Shown: piece by piece, positions 35,100-44,975 of the stretch
Layout: each line of letters starts with the position of its first letter
Numbering within the stretch: the first letter of the stretch is position 1
Source: an uncultured Acidobacteriota bacterium
Lineage (GTDB): Bacteria; Acidobacteriota; Thermoanaerobaculia; Multivoradales; UBA5704
DNA: 64,000 nucleotides
Assembly: GCA_963770895.1 (NCBI GenBank)
Contig: CAVYRF010000002.1
Location: 1,152,001-1,216,000 of the forward strand
Reading direction: 5' to 3'
Made by a program: the position numbers and the translations under genes
Notes under the pieces: model-generated
The model's database searches: none
Told to the model about the DNA's origin: nothing
What the model saw: the letters and a program-made list of their open reading frames with translations, nothing else

Positions 35100-38000
35100 T
35101 CATCGCGCCAGGCCGACAAGAACGAAAGGAGCCCAATAGTAGGGAGGAGAGTAGTCCGAATCGAGCAGGTCGAGCTTGGCCCGTTGCAGGGCAGCGGCGC
35201 GGTCGCCGGTCTGTTGCAGATTGCGATAGAAGCTGACCATGAGCTTGGCGGTGGACTGGTCGTCCACCTGCCAGAGGCTGACGACGACGCTTTGGGCGCC
35301 GGCATACAGAAAGGCGCGCGTCATGCCGATGATGCCCTCGCCCGAAACCTGCTGGCCGACGCCGGTCTGACAGGCTGACAGCACGACCAGGTTGGCGCGC
35401 AGATCGAGATCGAAGACCTCACGCACCTGCAGCAGGCCGCTGTCCGCGGGGTCGGAGGGGTGGGCGGCGGCCAGGCGCAGGCCCGAGCTTTCGGGTTCGT
35501 TTTCGTCCAGGCTGCCGTGCACGGCAAAGTGGAGGTAGCGCGCCGAGCCGATCATCGGGTTGGTCTTGACCTCCTGCTCGGTGGCCTCCGCGCCGGTAAA
35601 GACCATGGCGTCGCCGGGGAACAGCTGGGCGATGCGGTTCACCTCGTCGCGGGCACCGGGCAGCGCCGGCATGGCGGCCGGGCTGTTCTGGGGTGGCGGC
35701 GCCGCGCCGCCGCGGGTCGCGGCGAAGGCCGCCGGCGGTACCTGCGGATCGCCAAAACCGACGAACGCCTTGCCCGCCGCGCCTCCGCCGGCACCGCCGG
35801 AATTGTCGCGGCGCGTCGCCAGCAGCACCGCAAGGACGCTCGCCGACGGCGCATACGACACCGAGCGATCGCGGATCAGGTACGCCAGCTCGCGGCGGGG
35901 AGCGCCCGCCGCCGGCGGCGGGCGGGTCAGCAGCGCCTCGAAGCTGAGCGCGTAGAGCGGGCCGTCGGGAGCCACGATGAGATGGGACTTGCCGGCCAGC
36001 TCGCCCGCGGCAGGCCGCAGCAGCGCGACATACAGCTTGTAGGAATCTTCGGCCAGCTGGTGGGCGCCCTTGCCGGGTTCGCGGGCCATGCCCGTTCGCA
36101 CCTCCTCGACCAGCGCCGCCAGCGTCGCCCGCGGTGCCAGCGCATGGCTGGTCAGGCCCTCGCGCGTGACGACGAACAGGTACGACGTATCGTCGCCCAG
36201 GAAGTACTCCAGCAGCGCGCTGTCGGCGTCGAGCTTGTCCTGGATCTCCTCCAGGCCAAGCGTCCGTTGCGGCAGCAGGGCGGCGTAGGCGGGCCGCTGC
36301 TGCACGATGGTCGCATTGACCTGCAGCTCCTCGTCTTCGGCCTGGTCCAGCTGGTGCGCCAGCTGCTGCACCTCCGGATCGGGCGAGCTCGAGGCGACGG
36401 TCGACGAAAGGCGCCTGGCGAGCTTCGCGATGCGCTCGCTGGTTTCGGTTTCGCGCTGCTTGAGCTGAGGCGAAATGCCGCGACGGAGGTCCACCCGCTC
36501 CTTGGCCAGCAGGTCGAGAAGACCGCGGGCGCGCGCTTTTTCGCTGACCGCGAGCGCCTCGGCGGCATGGCCGGCAGCCGGTTCGCGGGCGTCGAGCCGC
36601 ATCAGAAGGTCGACCGACAGCTCAAAATAGCGGCGCAGGCTGGCCAGAAAGGTGACCCGCTCATCCGGCCGGATCACCGCCGTCCGCACCCGTTCGGCAA
36701 GGTCCAGGGCATTGTCGGCAGCCGTCCGCGCCGCCGGCAGCTCACCGCGGTCGCGGCGCAGCTTCGCCAAGCCGGCCCACGCCTCGGCTGCGACGATCGG
36801 CGAGCGCCGGACCAGGTGGAGCGCCTGTTCGAAGTCCATCTCGGCGTCCTCGGGCCGGCCGGCCTGCGCATAGGCCTTGGCGAGATCGCACAACAGCTGC
36901 GCCTGGCGCTGCGGGTGGTCGCGCGATTCCAGGGCGATGGCGCTCTGCAGCTCCTGCACCGCCCTTGCGGGTTGACCCATCTCGCGGTGGACGCGGCCCA
37001 GATCGTACAGCGCACGCACGTCCAGGTCGCGCCGGCTGTGCGCGCGGCTGAGCTCCAGGGCGGTTTCGAACCTGGCGGCAGCGGCTTCGCGCTGGCCGGT
37101 GGCCTCCAGGGCCTCGCCAATGCCAAGGGTCGCGGCCACGATGCCCTCGGCGTCGCCAACCCTGGAGGACTGCGCCAACGCCTCCTCGTACCACTGCTGC
37201 GCCGGCTTGTACTTGCCAAGATAGGAGAGCACCATGCCCGAGTCGTTCAGAACGCCGACCAGGTCGTTGCCGGCACTGCGCCGCGCCAACAACTTGCGGG
37301 CCTGCGCCAGGTCTTCGTTGGCAGCCTGCAGCTCGCTCAGGTTGATCTCGAGCTCTGCGCTGAAGCGCAGGGCTCGCGCCTCGCCCTCGACGTCGCCGGC
37401 CTGCCGCGCCAACTCGCTGCTGATGCCCAGCGCGTGGCGCGCCGCGTCCAGATCTCCCTGCAAGCCCAGGATGCCGCCGATCTCGCAGTAGATCGAGCTC
37501 AGATCGCCGATGGCGCCGCGGCGCTCTTCGAGCGCCAACGCCGCACGGTAGGCGGTCAGATCGCCGCGGGGGTCGCTGCCCTTCTTCAGTTCGTAGCCGA
37601 GCCACTGCAGCGTGTCCGCCTGGGCGCTCTCGTCGCCGGCCTGCCGCTCGCGCTCCAACGCCGGGCCCAGGGCGGCGGCGATGCGCGACGACGGCTGCAG
37701 CACCGCCAGACCCTGCAGCGCGGCGGCCTCGTCGCGCGCCGCGCCGAGAGCGCGCGCCAGCTCCAGGGCGCGCGCGAACAGCTTCTCCGCCTCCGCCGCC
37801 AGCCCCGCCGCCGATCCCGCCGCGCCCTCCGCCATCTGCCTTGCCGCGTCCGCCTGTCCCAGCAGGGCGCCGAGGACCGCCGGCAGCTCGCCCACCTGCT
37901 CGGCGGCTGGCACGGCCGTGGCGAACCGCGCCTGCGCCGCGGCGCCGGGATTTTCCTCCAGGTCCACCCGGCCCGACCACAGGTCGCGCTCGGCCCGCGT

Positions 38001-38444
38001 GCGCGTCATGTCGCAGGGGCCCTGCGGCCGCTCCTCGTCAAGGCCCAGGGCGACGGCGCCGCCCGCCGCGCGCGGGTGTCTGGCGACCACCGTCCAGCGG
38101 TACTCGCCCGCCGCCTCGCTCACCCACGAAAGGTGCTGCGGCGCATCGGTCAGGGCGGGGGGCAGGACCGTCTCGTCGGTAGTGCCGTCCGGGCCGGTGC
38201 GGCGCACCACGCTGCCGTCGGGCGCCGGCACGACGACCAGCCGCACGTAGGTTCCCGCCGGCAGGATGAGGGACAGCCTGTCCTGGGCTGGGTACACCGG
38301 TGCCGGCTGAGGCGCCGCGGCGCCGGCAGGCCGTGGCGGCCCGTTGCGGGCGGGCGCCGAGCAGGCGAGCGCGGCAAGCGCAAAGGGGACCAGGCCGCAC
38401 AGCGCCGCGCGCCGCCGCAGGCAGGCATGGATGGCCGAATGCAC
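35100..38444 (-). CDS. TPR + CHAT (caspase-like) protease, probable lipoprotein
   Basis: Lipobox-like LAALAC; TPR array; catalytic LHFAVHG and VLSACQTG; PYYWAPF. Confidence 0.9.
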   Translation of the reverse strand: MHSAIHACLRRRAALCGLVPFALAALACSAPARNGPPRPAGAAAPQPAPVYPAQDRLSLILPAGTYVRLVVVPAPDGSVVRRTGPDGTTDETVLPPALTDAPQHLSWVSEAAGEYRWTVVARHPRAAGGAVALGLDEERPQGPCDMTRTRAERDLWSGRVDLEENPGAAAQARFATAVPAAEQVGELPAVLGALLGQADAARQMAEGAAGSAAGLAAEAEKLFARALELARALGAARDEAAALQGLAVLQPSSRIAAALGPALERERQAGDESAQADTLQWLGYELKKGSDPRGDLTAYRAALALEERRGAIGDLSSIYCEIGGILGLQGDLDAARHALGISSELARQAGDVEGEARALRFSAELEINLSELQAANEDLAQARKLLARRSAGNDLVGVLNDSGMVLSYLGKYKPAQQWYEEALAQSSRVGDAEGIVAATLGIGEALEATGQREAAAARFETALELSRAHSRRDLDVRALYDLGRVHREMGQPARAVQELQSAIALESRDHPQRQAQLLCDLAKAYAQAGRPEDAEMDFEQALHLVRRSPIVAAEAWAGLAKLRRDRGELPAARTAADNALDLAERVRTAVIRPDERVTFLASLRRYFELSVDLLMRLDAREPAAGHAAEALAVSEKARARGLLDLLAKERVDLRRGISPQLKQRETETSERIAKLARRLSSTVASSSPDPEVQQLAHQLDQAEDEELQVNATIVQQRPAYAALLPQRTLGLEEIQDKLDADSALLEYFLGDDTSYLFVVTREGLTSHALAPRATLAALVEEVRTGMAREPGKGAHQLAEDSYKLYVALLRPAAGELAGKSHLIVAPDGPLYALSFEALLTRPPPAAGAPRRELAYLIRDRSVSYAPSASVLAVLLATRRDNSGGAGGGAAGKAFVGFGDPQVPPAAFAATRGGAAPPPQNSPAAMPALPGARDEVNRIAQLFPGDAMVFTGAEATEQEVKTNPMIGSARYLHFAVHGSLDENEPESSGLRLAAAHPSDPADSGLLQVREVFDLDLRANLVVLSACQTGVGQQVSGEGIIGMTRAFLYAGAQSVVVSLWQVDDQSTAKLMVSFYRNLQQTGDRAAALQRAKLDLLDSDYSPPYYWAPFVLVGLAR

Positions 38445-38547
38445 GCTGGCCGTATTATCGCATCCCGCCGCGGGACGGCGAAGAAACGGTTCGGTCTCGT
38501 CACCGCTTTGTGCCAGGATTAGGCCGGCACTGCAAAGGGCGGACGGG

Positions 38548-39162
38548 ATGGCGACCAGCGATCAGGAAGTCGTGTCAGGATACCTGCGGGGAGAGGCCGA
38601 CGCCGTGGCCACGGTGCAGACCTGGATCTCGCGTGCCGCCTGGCCGTACCAGCGCCGGCTGTCGGGGCGCTGGGACGACGTGTTGCAGGATGTCAGGCTG
38701 GAGGTCACCCGGCTTTTGGGAGCCGGCAAATTCCGCGGCGAGTCGTCGCTGCGCACCTACCTGTGGCAGGTGGTCAGCCACACCTGCCTGGACCAGCTGC
38801 GGTCGCTCTCGCGCTGGCAGTGGGCGGAGCTCGAAGAGCTGGACAACGGCGCGGCGGCGATCGCCGGCCCGCGCATGGCCGCCGATCACGAGGACCGCGA
38901 CCTGGTGCAGCGGGTGATGCGCAAGGTTTCGGCCGACTGCCGCGAAATGTGGTCGCTGATCGCCATGGGCTACTCCTATCGCGAGATGAGCGAGCGGCTG
39001 AGCGTCGCCGAAGGGACCCTGCGCGTGCGCGTGCTGCGCTGCCGCGAGAAGGCCGCCGCCCTGCGCCGCGGACTGCTCGCCGCGGGCGATGGCAGCGGCC
39101 GTAACAGTTCCGCCGCCGAGTCGCCTACTCTTAGTGAGCGAGCGGATGACGATGGAATGTGA
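38548..39162 (+). CDS. ECF RNA polymerase sigma factor
   Basis: DDVLQDV...FRGESSLRTYLWQV; region 4 YSYREMSERL...TLRVRVLRCR. Confidence 0.9.
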   Translation: MATSDQEVVSGYLRGEADAVATVQTWISRAAWPYQRRLSGRWDDVLQDVRLEVTRLLGAGKFRGESSLRTYLWQVVSHTCLDQLRSLSRWQWAELEELDNGAAAIAGPRMAADHEDRDLVQRVMRKVSADCREMWSLIAMGYSYREMSERLSVAEGTLRVRVLRCREKAAALRRGLLAAGDGSGRNSSAAESPTLSERADDDGM

Positions 39163-40399
39163 CACGGCAATCGAACTCCTACCCTGGCTGCTCAACGGCA
39201 CTCTGGACGCCGGCGAGCGGCGCCAGGTCGAAGAGCACCTGCGCACCTGCGCCGCCTGCCGCACCGCGCTCGCCGACACCCGCGCGGCGTGGCAGCTCTT
39301 CGACTGGCACCCCTCCCCCGACGAGCTGATCGCCCTCGCCGCAGCCGACGCGGCCGACGCGGCGGACCCCGCGCCGCCGACGCAGGCCGCGCCCGGCAGC
39401 ATCCAGCAACACGTCGTCGCCTGCCCGCGCTGCGCCGCCGACCTGGAGCTGGTGCGCGCCAGCCGCCTGCTCGCGGAGACCGCGCCCGATGCGGCAGACA
39501 GCACGGGCGCGGACCGTGCCGGCAACGGCAGCCTGGCCTTTCTGCAGCCGCCCGCTGCGCCGCCGGCAGCGCTGCCCAAGGGACAGACGGCGCCAGCCAG
39601 GACCGCCGGCCGCACCTGGCCGCGCAACGCCCTGATCGCCGCCGGCCTGGCCGGCGTGGTGGCGCTCACCGGCTGGTTCCAGAGCAGCCGCCACGTGCAC
39701 GCCCTGGAGGATCGCCTGGCCTCCCTGGAGGTCGCGCAGACGGCCGCCGCGACCCGCACTGCCACCGCTACGACCGTGCCGCCCGCACCGGCGGCGCCCG
39801 GACCGGCGACCACCCAACAGACACCGGCGGGGGCCGCCACCCTCCAGGCGAGCGGCGGCGCGGCCACTGACGACGCCGCCAATCTGCGCCGCCGGGCCGA
39901 CGCCGCCCAGGCCAAGCTCGACCAGCTGGCTGGCGAAAACCGCCAGCTGGCGGCCAAGGTCGCGGCGCTGGGCCAAACCGCCGCGCAGCTCGAGCAACGC
40001 ACCTCGGGGCTCGGCACCGGCGCGGCCGGCGAGCCGGTCGAAAAGGCCGCCTGGAACGACGAGCTGTCGCCCAACGATCAGGCCGCACGCGGCGCTGCGC
40101 CGCCGGCGCCGGCCATCCCGCTCTCCAAAGGCGCCGCGGCGCTGGCGCTGCGCACCCGCCAGCACGGCCGCTACGGCACCTACGAGGTCGAGATCCACGA
40201 CGCGCGGGGGCGGCTGGCGGGCGGCCCCTACACGGTGACGCGGGCTGACCGCGACGACACCTTTGACCAGTTTGACGTCATCCTGCACCGCGCCACCCTG
40301 GCTCCCGGCAACTACACGCTGCAGCTGTTCGGCCGCGACGATCGCCAGCCGGGCAAGCCGCGCGAACCGGTGGCCACCTACTCCATCCGCGTCTCCTGA
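39152..40399 (+). CDS. Membrane anti-sigma factor with two zinc-finger (HxxxCxxC) motifs
   Basis: EEHLRTCAAC and QQHVVACPRC; TM; coiled coil; beta-rich C-terminus; overlaps the sigma stop codon. Confidence 0.85.
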   Translation: MECDTAIELLPWLLNGTLDAGERRQVEEHLRTCAACRTALADTRAAWQLFDWHPSPDELIALAAADAADAADPAPPTQAAPGSIQQHVVACPRCAADLELVRASRLLAETAPDAADSTGADRAGNGSLAFLQPPAAPPAALPKGQTAPARTAGRTWPRNALIAAGLAGVVALTGWFQSSRHVHALEDRLASLEVAQTAAATRTATATTVPPAPAAPGPATTQQTPAGAATLQASGGAATDDAANLRRRADAAQAKLDQLAGENRQLAAKVAALGQTAAQLEQRTSGLGTGAAGEPVEKAAWNDELSPNDQAARGAAPPAPAIPLSKGAAALALRTRQHGRYGTYEVEIHDARGRLAGGPYTVTRADRDDTFDQFDVILHRATLAPGNYTLQLFGRDDRQPGKPREPVATYSIRVS

Positions 40400-42201
40400 G
40401 CTTCCTCCCAGGTGCGCATGGCGGCGATCGCCTGCTGCGCCGTGGTCACCCGCCGCAGCTGGGCGCGGAGCTCGGACTGCCGGAACATCCGCGCCGCCGT
40501 CGCCAGCAGCTGCAGGCAGCCCTCCGGCCGCCGGTCCGGGCAAAGGAACAGAAAGACCTGCTCCATGGTGCCGGCGCCGGCGGCAGCTGAACCCGCCGAG
40601 CCGGCGGCGCCGGCGAGCCCGCCGCGCAACAGCCCCAGGGCGACGCGCGGCGCGTGCAGATCGGGGATGCGCACGTGCGGCATGGCGATCCCCTCGGCCA
40701 GGAAGGTGGACGCCTCCTGTTCGCGGCGATCGAGCAGGCGCAGGATGTCGGCGCTGGTCAGACGCTGCTGCTGGCCGCCCAGCAGGTCCACCAGCACGCG
40801 CAGCAGGTCCTGCTTGGCGACCGGCCGGTCGAAAAACGCCACGGCGTCGGGCTGCAGCAGGTCGGACATCCGCATGCGGCCGCTCCCCGCGGCTGCCGCG
40901 CCCGCCGCGCCCGGCGCCCTCGGCGGGTTCGCCAGCACCGACCACCCGGCGAGCGCCGCATGGCGCGACGGCAGGGAGACCACCGGCGCCGCCGCGGCCA
41001 CGGCCGCATCGCCGTCGCCCGCCGCCGCCGCCCCGGCGCCGCCGCCCGCGGCATCCAGACGCTCGCGCACTCCGGCCTCGTCCACCACCACCACGGCCAG
41101 CTTGTCGCCGCCGGCGATCAGGCGCTCGACCGGCGTGCGGCGGCCGAGCAGGCGCTGCCACCAGGGCAGCTCGCCCGGCCGGCCGACCACCACGTGGCCG
41201 ACGTGGTACTCGCGCGCGAAGCGCAGGATGGTGTCGGCGATGTCCTCGCCCTTGAAGGTGAACACCACCGCGCCCAGCTGGTGCGCCAGCGCCAGCGTGT
41301 CGGCCAGGCGGCGGCGGGTTTCGGCGTCCAGGCGCGCCGGGTCCTCGCTCGCGGTCTGCACGTAGAGCGCGTACCAGGTGCGGTTCAGCTTGCCGGCAAA
41401 GCGCGAGGCGTAGCGCAGCAGCGACGGCGCATCCGGGCTGCGCGACGACAGGCAGACGACCACCTGGTCGGGGGCCTGCACGGCCGACTCGCCGGGCGTG
41501 CGCCGCGACCGGCGCTCGATGATCGAGGCGATCTCCCGCAAGGTCAGCTCGCGCAGCTGCTCCAGGTTCGCCTTGCGGAAGAAGTTGTCGAGCGCCGCCG
41601 GCACCTGCTCGGCGGCATAGACGCGCCCCTCCTCCAGCCGCCGCCGCAGGTCCTCGGGCGCCAGGTCGACGTTGACGATCTGGTCGGCGTCGGCGATCAC
41701 CCAGTCCGGCAGGCGCTCCTTGACCTTGACCCCGATCAGCCGCTCCACCGTGTCGTACAGACTTTCCAGGTGCTGCACGTTGAGCGTCGTCACGACGTGG
41801 ATGCCCGCCGCCAGCACCTCCAGGACGTCCTGGTAGCGCTTGGTGTTGGTGCTGCCCGGCACGTCGGTGTGCGCCAGCTCGTCGATCAGCGCCACCTCGG
41901 GGCTGCGCTCGAGCAGCGCCGCCAGATCCAGCTCGCGCAGGTCGACGCCGCGATATTGGATGGTGCGCGGCGGCACTTCGGGCAGCCCCAGGCAGAGCGA
42001 TTCGGTATCCACCCGGTTGTGGGTTTCGACGATGCCCACCACCACGTCGACGCCCTGCGACTTGAGGCGGTGGCCCTCCAGCAGCATCTGGTAGGTCTTG
42101 CCGACGCCCGGCCCGTACCCCAGGTAGACCTTCAGCCGCCCGCGGCGCGAGCGGTGGATGAGGTGCAGGAAGCTTTCGGGCGTCGGCGGCGGCGCGGTCA
42201 T
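40378..42201 (-). CDS. kdpD: KdpD N-terminal sensor + USP domain + PTS EIIA(Ntr/Fru-type) domain; no TM or kinase domain
   Basis: GRLKVYLGYGPGVGKT, DELAHT, TLNVQHLESL; USP region; C-terminal RREQEASTFLAEGIAMPH. Confidence 0.85.
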   Translation of the reverse strand: MTAPPPTPESFLHLIHRSRRGRLKVYLGYGPGVGKTYQMLLEGHRLKSQGVDVVVGIVETHNRVDTESLCLGLPEVPPRTIQYRGVDLRELDLAALLERSPEVALIDELAHTDVPGSTNTKRYQDVLEVLAAGIHVVTTLNVQHLESLYDTVERLIGVKVKERLPDWVIADADQIVNVDLAPEDLRRRLEEGRVYAAEQVPAALDNFFRKANLEQLRELTLREIASIIERRSRRTPGESAVQAPDQVVVCLSSRSPDAPSLLRYASRFAGKLNRTWYALYVQTASEDPARLDAETRRRLADTLALAHQLGAVVFTFKGEDIADTILRFAREYHVGHVVVGRPGELPWWQRLLGRRTPVERLIAGGDKLAVVVVDEAGVRERLDAAGGGAGAAAAGDGDAAVAAAAPVVSLPSRHAALAGWSVLANPPRAPGAAGAAAAGSGRMRMSDLLQPDAVAFFDRPVAKQDLLRVLVDLLGGQQQRLTSADILRLLDRREQEASTFLAEGIAMPHVRIPDLHAPRVALGLLRGGLAGAAGSAGSAAAGAGTMEQVFLFLCPDRRPEGCLQLLATAARMFRQSELRAQLRRVTTAQQAIAAMRTWEEAQETRME

Positions 42202-42821
42202 GGGTGGGCGGCGGCGGTGGCGGCTGGCGGCGGCGATGGCGGCGGCAGCGGGCGGGTTTCGTCCAGATCCAGGTTGAGCGGCAGCACCGCCACCCGCGGC
42301 TCGCCGAAGATCCCCCACTGGCGCCCCTCGGTGTGGCGGCGCACCAGCTGGCGCACCACCTCTTCGGGCATGGCGCGCTCGGCGGCGACGCGCGGCACCT
42401 GGAAGTCGGCCGCGGCCGGCGTCAGGTGCGGATCCAGACCCGAGCCCGACGAGGTGACCAGGTCGACCGGCACCGCCACGCCCGGCCGTTCGGCGCGCGC
42501 CGCCGCCGCCGCGGCGCCCACCTGGTCGACCACCAGCTTGCGGCTGGTCGGCCCCAGGTTGGTGCCCCCCGAGGCCAGCGGGTCGTAGCCCGCGCCGGCC
42601 GCCGAGGGGCGCGGATGGAAGTAGCCGCGGCCGGCAAAAGGCTGGCCGAGCAGGCGCGAGCCCACCACGCGGCCGCCGCGCGACACCAGGCTGCCGTGCG
42701 CCTGGTCGGGGAAGAGGAGCTCGGCCAGGCCGGTCACCGCCAGCGGGTAGGCCACCCCGAGCAGCAGGGTGAGCGCGACGGTGACCAGGCAGGCCGGAAT
42801 CAGGTGGCGGGTGAGTTTCAT
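42198..42821 (-). CDS. kdpC: K+-transporting ATPase subunit C
   Basis: YFHPRPSA, SGGTNLGP, SGSGLDPH. Confidence 0.95.
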   Translation of the reverse strand: MKLTRHLIPACLVTVALTLLLGVAYPLAVTGLAELLFPDQAHGSLVSRGGRVVGSRLLGQPFAGRGYFHPRPSAAGAGYDPLASGGTNLGPTSRKLVVDQVGAAAAAARAERPGVAVPVDLVTSSGSGLDPHLTPAAADFQVPRVAAERAMPEEVVRQLVRRHTEGRQWGIFGEPRVAVLPLNLDLDETRPLPPPSPPPAATAAAHP

Positions 42822-42837
42822 GGTTCCTCCGGCCGGC

Positions 42838-44961
42838 TCACGCGAGCCCCAGGGCGGCGACCAGCATGTCGATCAGCTTGATGCCGGCGAACGGCGCGAC
42901 GATGCCGCCGAGCCCATAGATCACCAGGTTGCGGCGCAGCAGCGCCGCCGCCCCCAGGGCGCGGTAGCGCACGCCGCGCAGGGCGAGCGGGATGAGGGCG
43001 ACGATGATCAGCGCGTTGAAGATGACCGCCGACAGGATCGCCGATTGCGGCGTCGCCAGGCGCATGAGATTGAGCGCCGCGAGCGGCCCCGCCTGGGCGG
43101 ACGTCGCCACGTACAGGCCCGAAAACATCGCCGGCAGGATGGCGAAGTACTTGGCCACGTCGTTGGCGATCGAAAAGGTGGTCAGGGCGCCGCGCGTCAT
43201 CAGCAGCTGCTTGCCGATCTCGACGATCTCGATCAGCTTGGTCGGGTTGGAGTCCAGGTCCACCATGTTGCCGGCCTCCTTGGCCGCCATGGTGCCGGTG
43301 TTCATCGCCACGCCGACGTCGGCCTGCGCCAGGGCGGGGGCGTCGTTGGTGCCGTCGCCGGTCATCGCCACCAGCTTCCCCAACGCCTGCTCGCGGCGGA
43401 TGAGGTCCATCTTGTCCTGCGGCCGCGCCTGGGCCAGAAAGTCGTCCACCCCCGCCTCGGCGGCGATGGCGGTGGCGGTCAGCGGGTTGTCGCCGGTGAT
43501 CATCACCGTCTTGATGCCCATGCGGCGCAGCTGCTCGAAGCGCTCGCGGATGCCGCCCTTGACGATGTCCTTGAGGAAGATCACCCCCAGGGCGCGCCCG
43601 CCGTCGGCCACCACCAGCGGCGTGCCGCCGGTCTTTGCCACCCGCTCGACCGCCGCCGTCAGGTCGGGCGGCGCCACGCCGCCGCTCGCCGTGACGAACT
43701 GCAGCACGGCGTCGCTGGCCCCCTTGCGGATCTGCCGCCCGGCCAGGTCGACCCCCGACATGCGGGTGTGCGCCGAAAACGGGATGAAGGCGGCATCCGC
43801 CGCCGCCAGCTCGCGGCCGCGCAGGCCATAGCGGTCCTTGGCCAGGACCACGATCGAGCGCCCCTCGGGGGTCTCGTCGGCCAGGCTGGCCAGCTGCGCC
43901 GCGTCGGCCAGCTCGGTTTCGCTCACTCCCGCGAGCGGGATCAGCTCGACCGCCTGCCGGTTGCCCAGGGTGATGGTGCCGGTCTTGTCGAGCAGCAGGG
44001 TGTCCACGTCGCCCGCCGCCTCGACCGCGCGGCCCGACATCGCCAGCACGTTCTGCTGGATCAGGCGATCCATGCCGGCGATGCCGATCGCCGACAGCAG
44101 GCCGCCGATGGTCGTCGGGATCAGGCACACCAGCAGCGCCACCAGCACGGTCACCGACGGCGGCGCCGCGGCGCGGAAGCCCGCCGCCGGCGACGAGGCG
44201 CCGACGCTGTAGAGCGCGAAGGGGAGCAGGCTTGCCACCGCCAGCAGGAAGATGATGGTCAGCCCGGCCAGCAGGATGTTGAGCGCGATCTCGTTGGGAG
44301 TCTTCTGGCGCTCGGCCCCCTCGACCAGGGCGATCATGCGGTCCAGGAAGGTTTCGCCCGGATTGGAGGTGATGCGCACCTTGATCCAGTCCGAGATCAC
44401 CTTGGTGCCGCCGGTCACCGCCGACCGGTCGCCGCCGGATTCGCGGATCACCGGCGCGCTTTCGCCGGTGATGGCGGCCTCGTCCACCGAGGCGACGCCT
44501 TCGACCACCTCGCCGTCGCCCGGAATCAGCTCGCCGGCGCGCACCACCACGACGTCGCCGCGCACCAGGGCCGGCGCCGCCACCTGCTCGGTGCGCAGGC
44601 GGTCGAGCGGCAGCGTCCAGTCGCCGGCGACGCGCTGCGCCACGGTTTCGGTCTTGGCCCGCCGCAGCGTGTCGGCCTGCGCCTTGCCGCGCCCCTCGGC
44701 CATCGCTTCGGCGAAGTTGGCGAACAGCACGGTGAACCACAACCAGATCGTCACCTGGATGGTGAAGCCCAGGTGGGCGGTCTGCCCGGTGGCGACGTCG
44801 CGGCAGATCAGCAGGGTGGTCAACACGCTCCCCACCTCCACCACGAACATCACCGGGTTCTTTGCCACCACGCGCGGATCCAGCTTGCGCCACGCATCCC
44901 CCAGCGCCCGCCGCACGATCGCCGCTTCGAACAGCGGCCGCTTCTGCTCTCTTTCCACCAT
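42838..44961 (-). CDS. kdpB: K+-transporting P-type ATPase subunit B
   Basis: [26 protein letters not shown]; true start is ATG 44961. Confidence 0.97.
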   Translation of the reverse strand: MVEREQKRPLFEAAIVRRALGDAWRKLDPRVVAKNPVMFVVEVGSVLTTLLICRDVATGQTAHLGFTIQVTIWLWFTVLFANFAEAMAEGRGKAQADTLRRAKTETVAQRVAGDWTLPLDRLRTEQVAAPALVRGDVVVVRAGELIPGDGEVVEGVASVDEAAITGESAPVIRESGGDRSAVTGGTKVISDWIKVRITSNPGETFLDRMIALVEGAERQKTPNEIALNILLAGLTIIFLLAVASLLPFALYSVGASSPAAGFRAAAPPSVTVLVALLVCLIPTTIGGLLSAIGIAGMDRLIQQNVLAMSGRAVEAAGDVDTLLLDKTGTITLGNRQAVELIPLAGVSETELADAAQLASLADETPEGRSIVVLAKDRYGLRGRELAAADAAFIPFSAHTRMSGVDLAGRQIRKGASDAVLQFVTASGGVAPPDLTAAVERVAKTGGTPLVVADGGRALGVIFLKDIVKGGIRERFEQLRRMGIKTVMITGDNPLTATAIAAEAGVDDFLAQARPQDKMDLIRREQALGKLVAMTGDGTNDAPALAQADVGVAMNTGTMAAKEAGNMVDLDSNPTKLIEIVEIGKQLLMTRGALTTFSIANDVAKYFAILPAMFSGLYVATSAQAGPLAALNLMRLATPQSAILSAVIFNALIIVALIPLALRGVRYRALGAAALLRRNLVIYGLGGIVAPFAGIKLIDMLVAALGLA

Positions 44962-44975
44962 GCCAGCTCCCCGTC

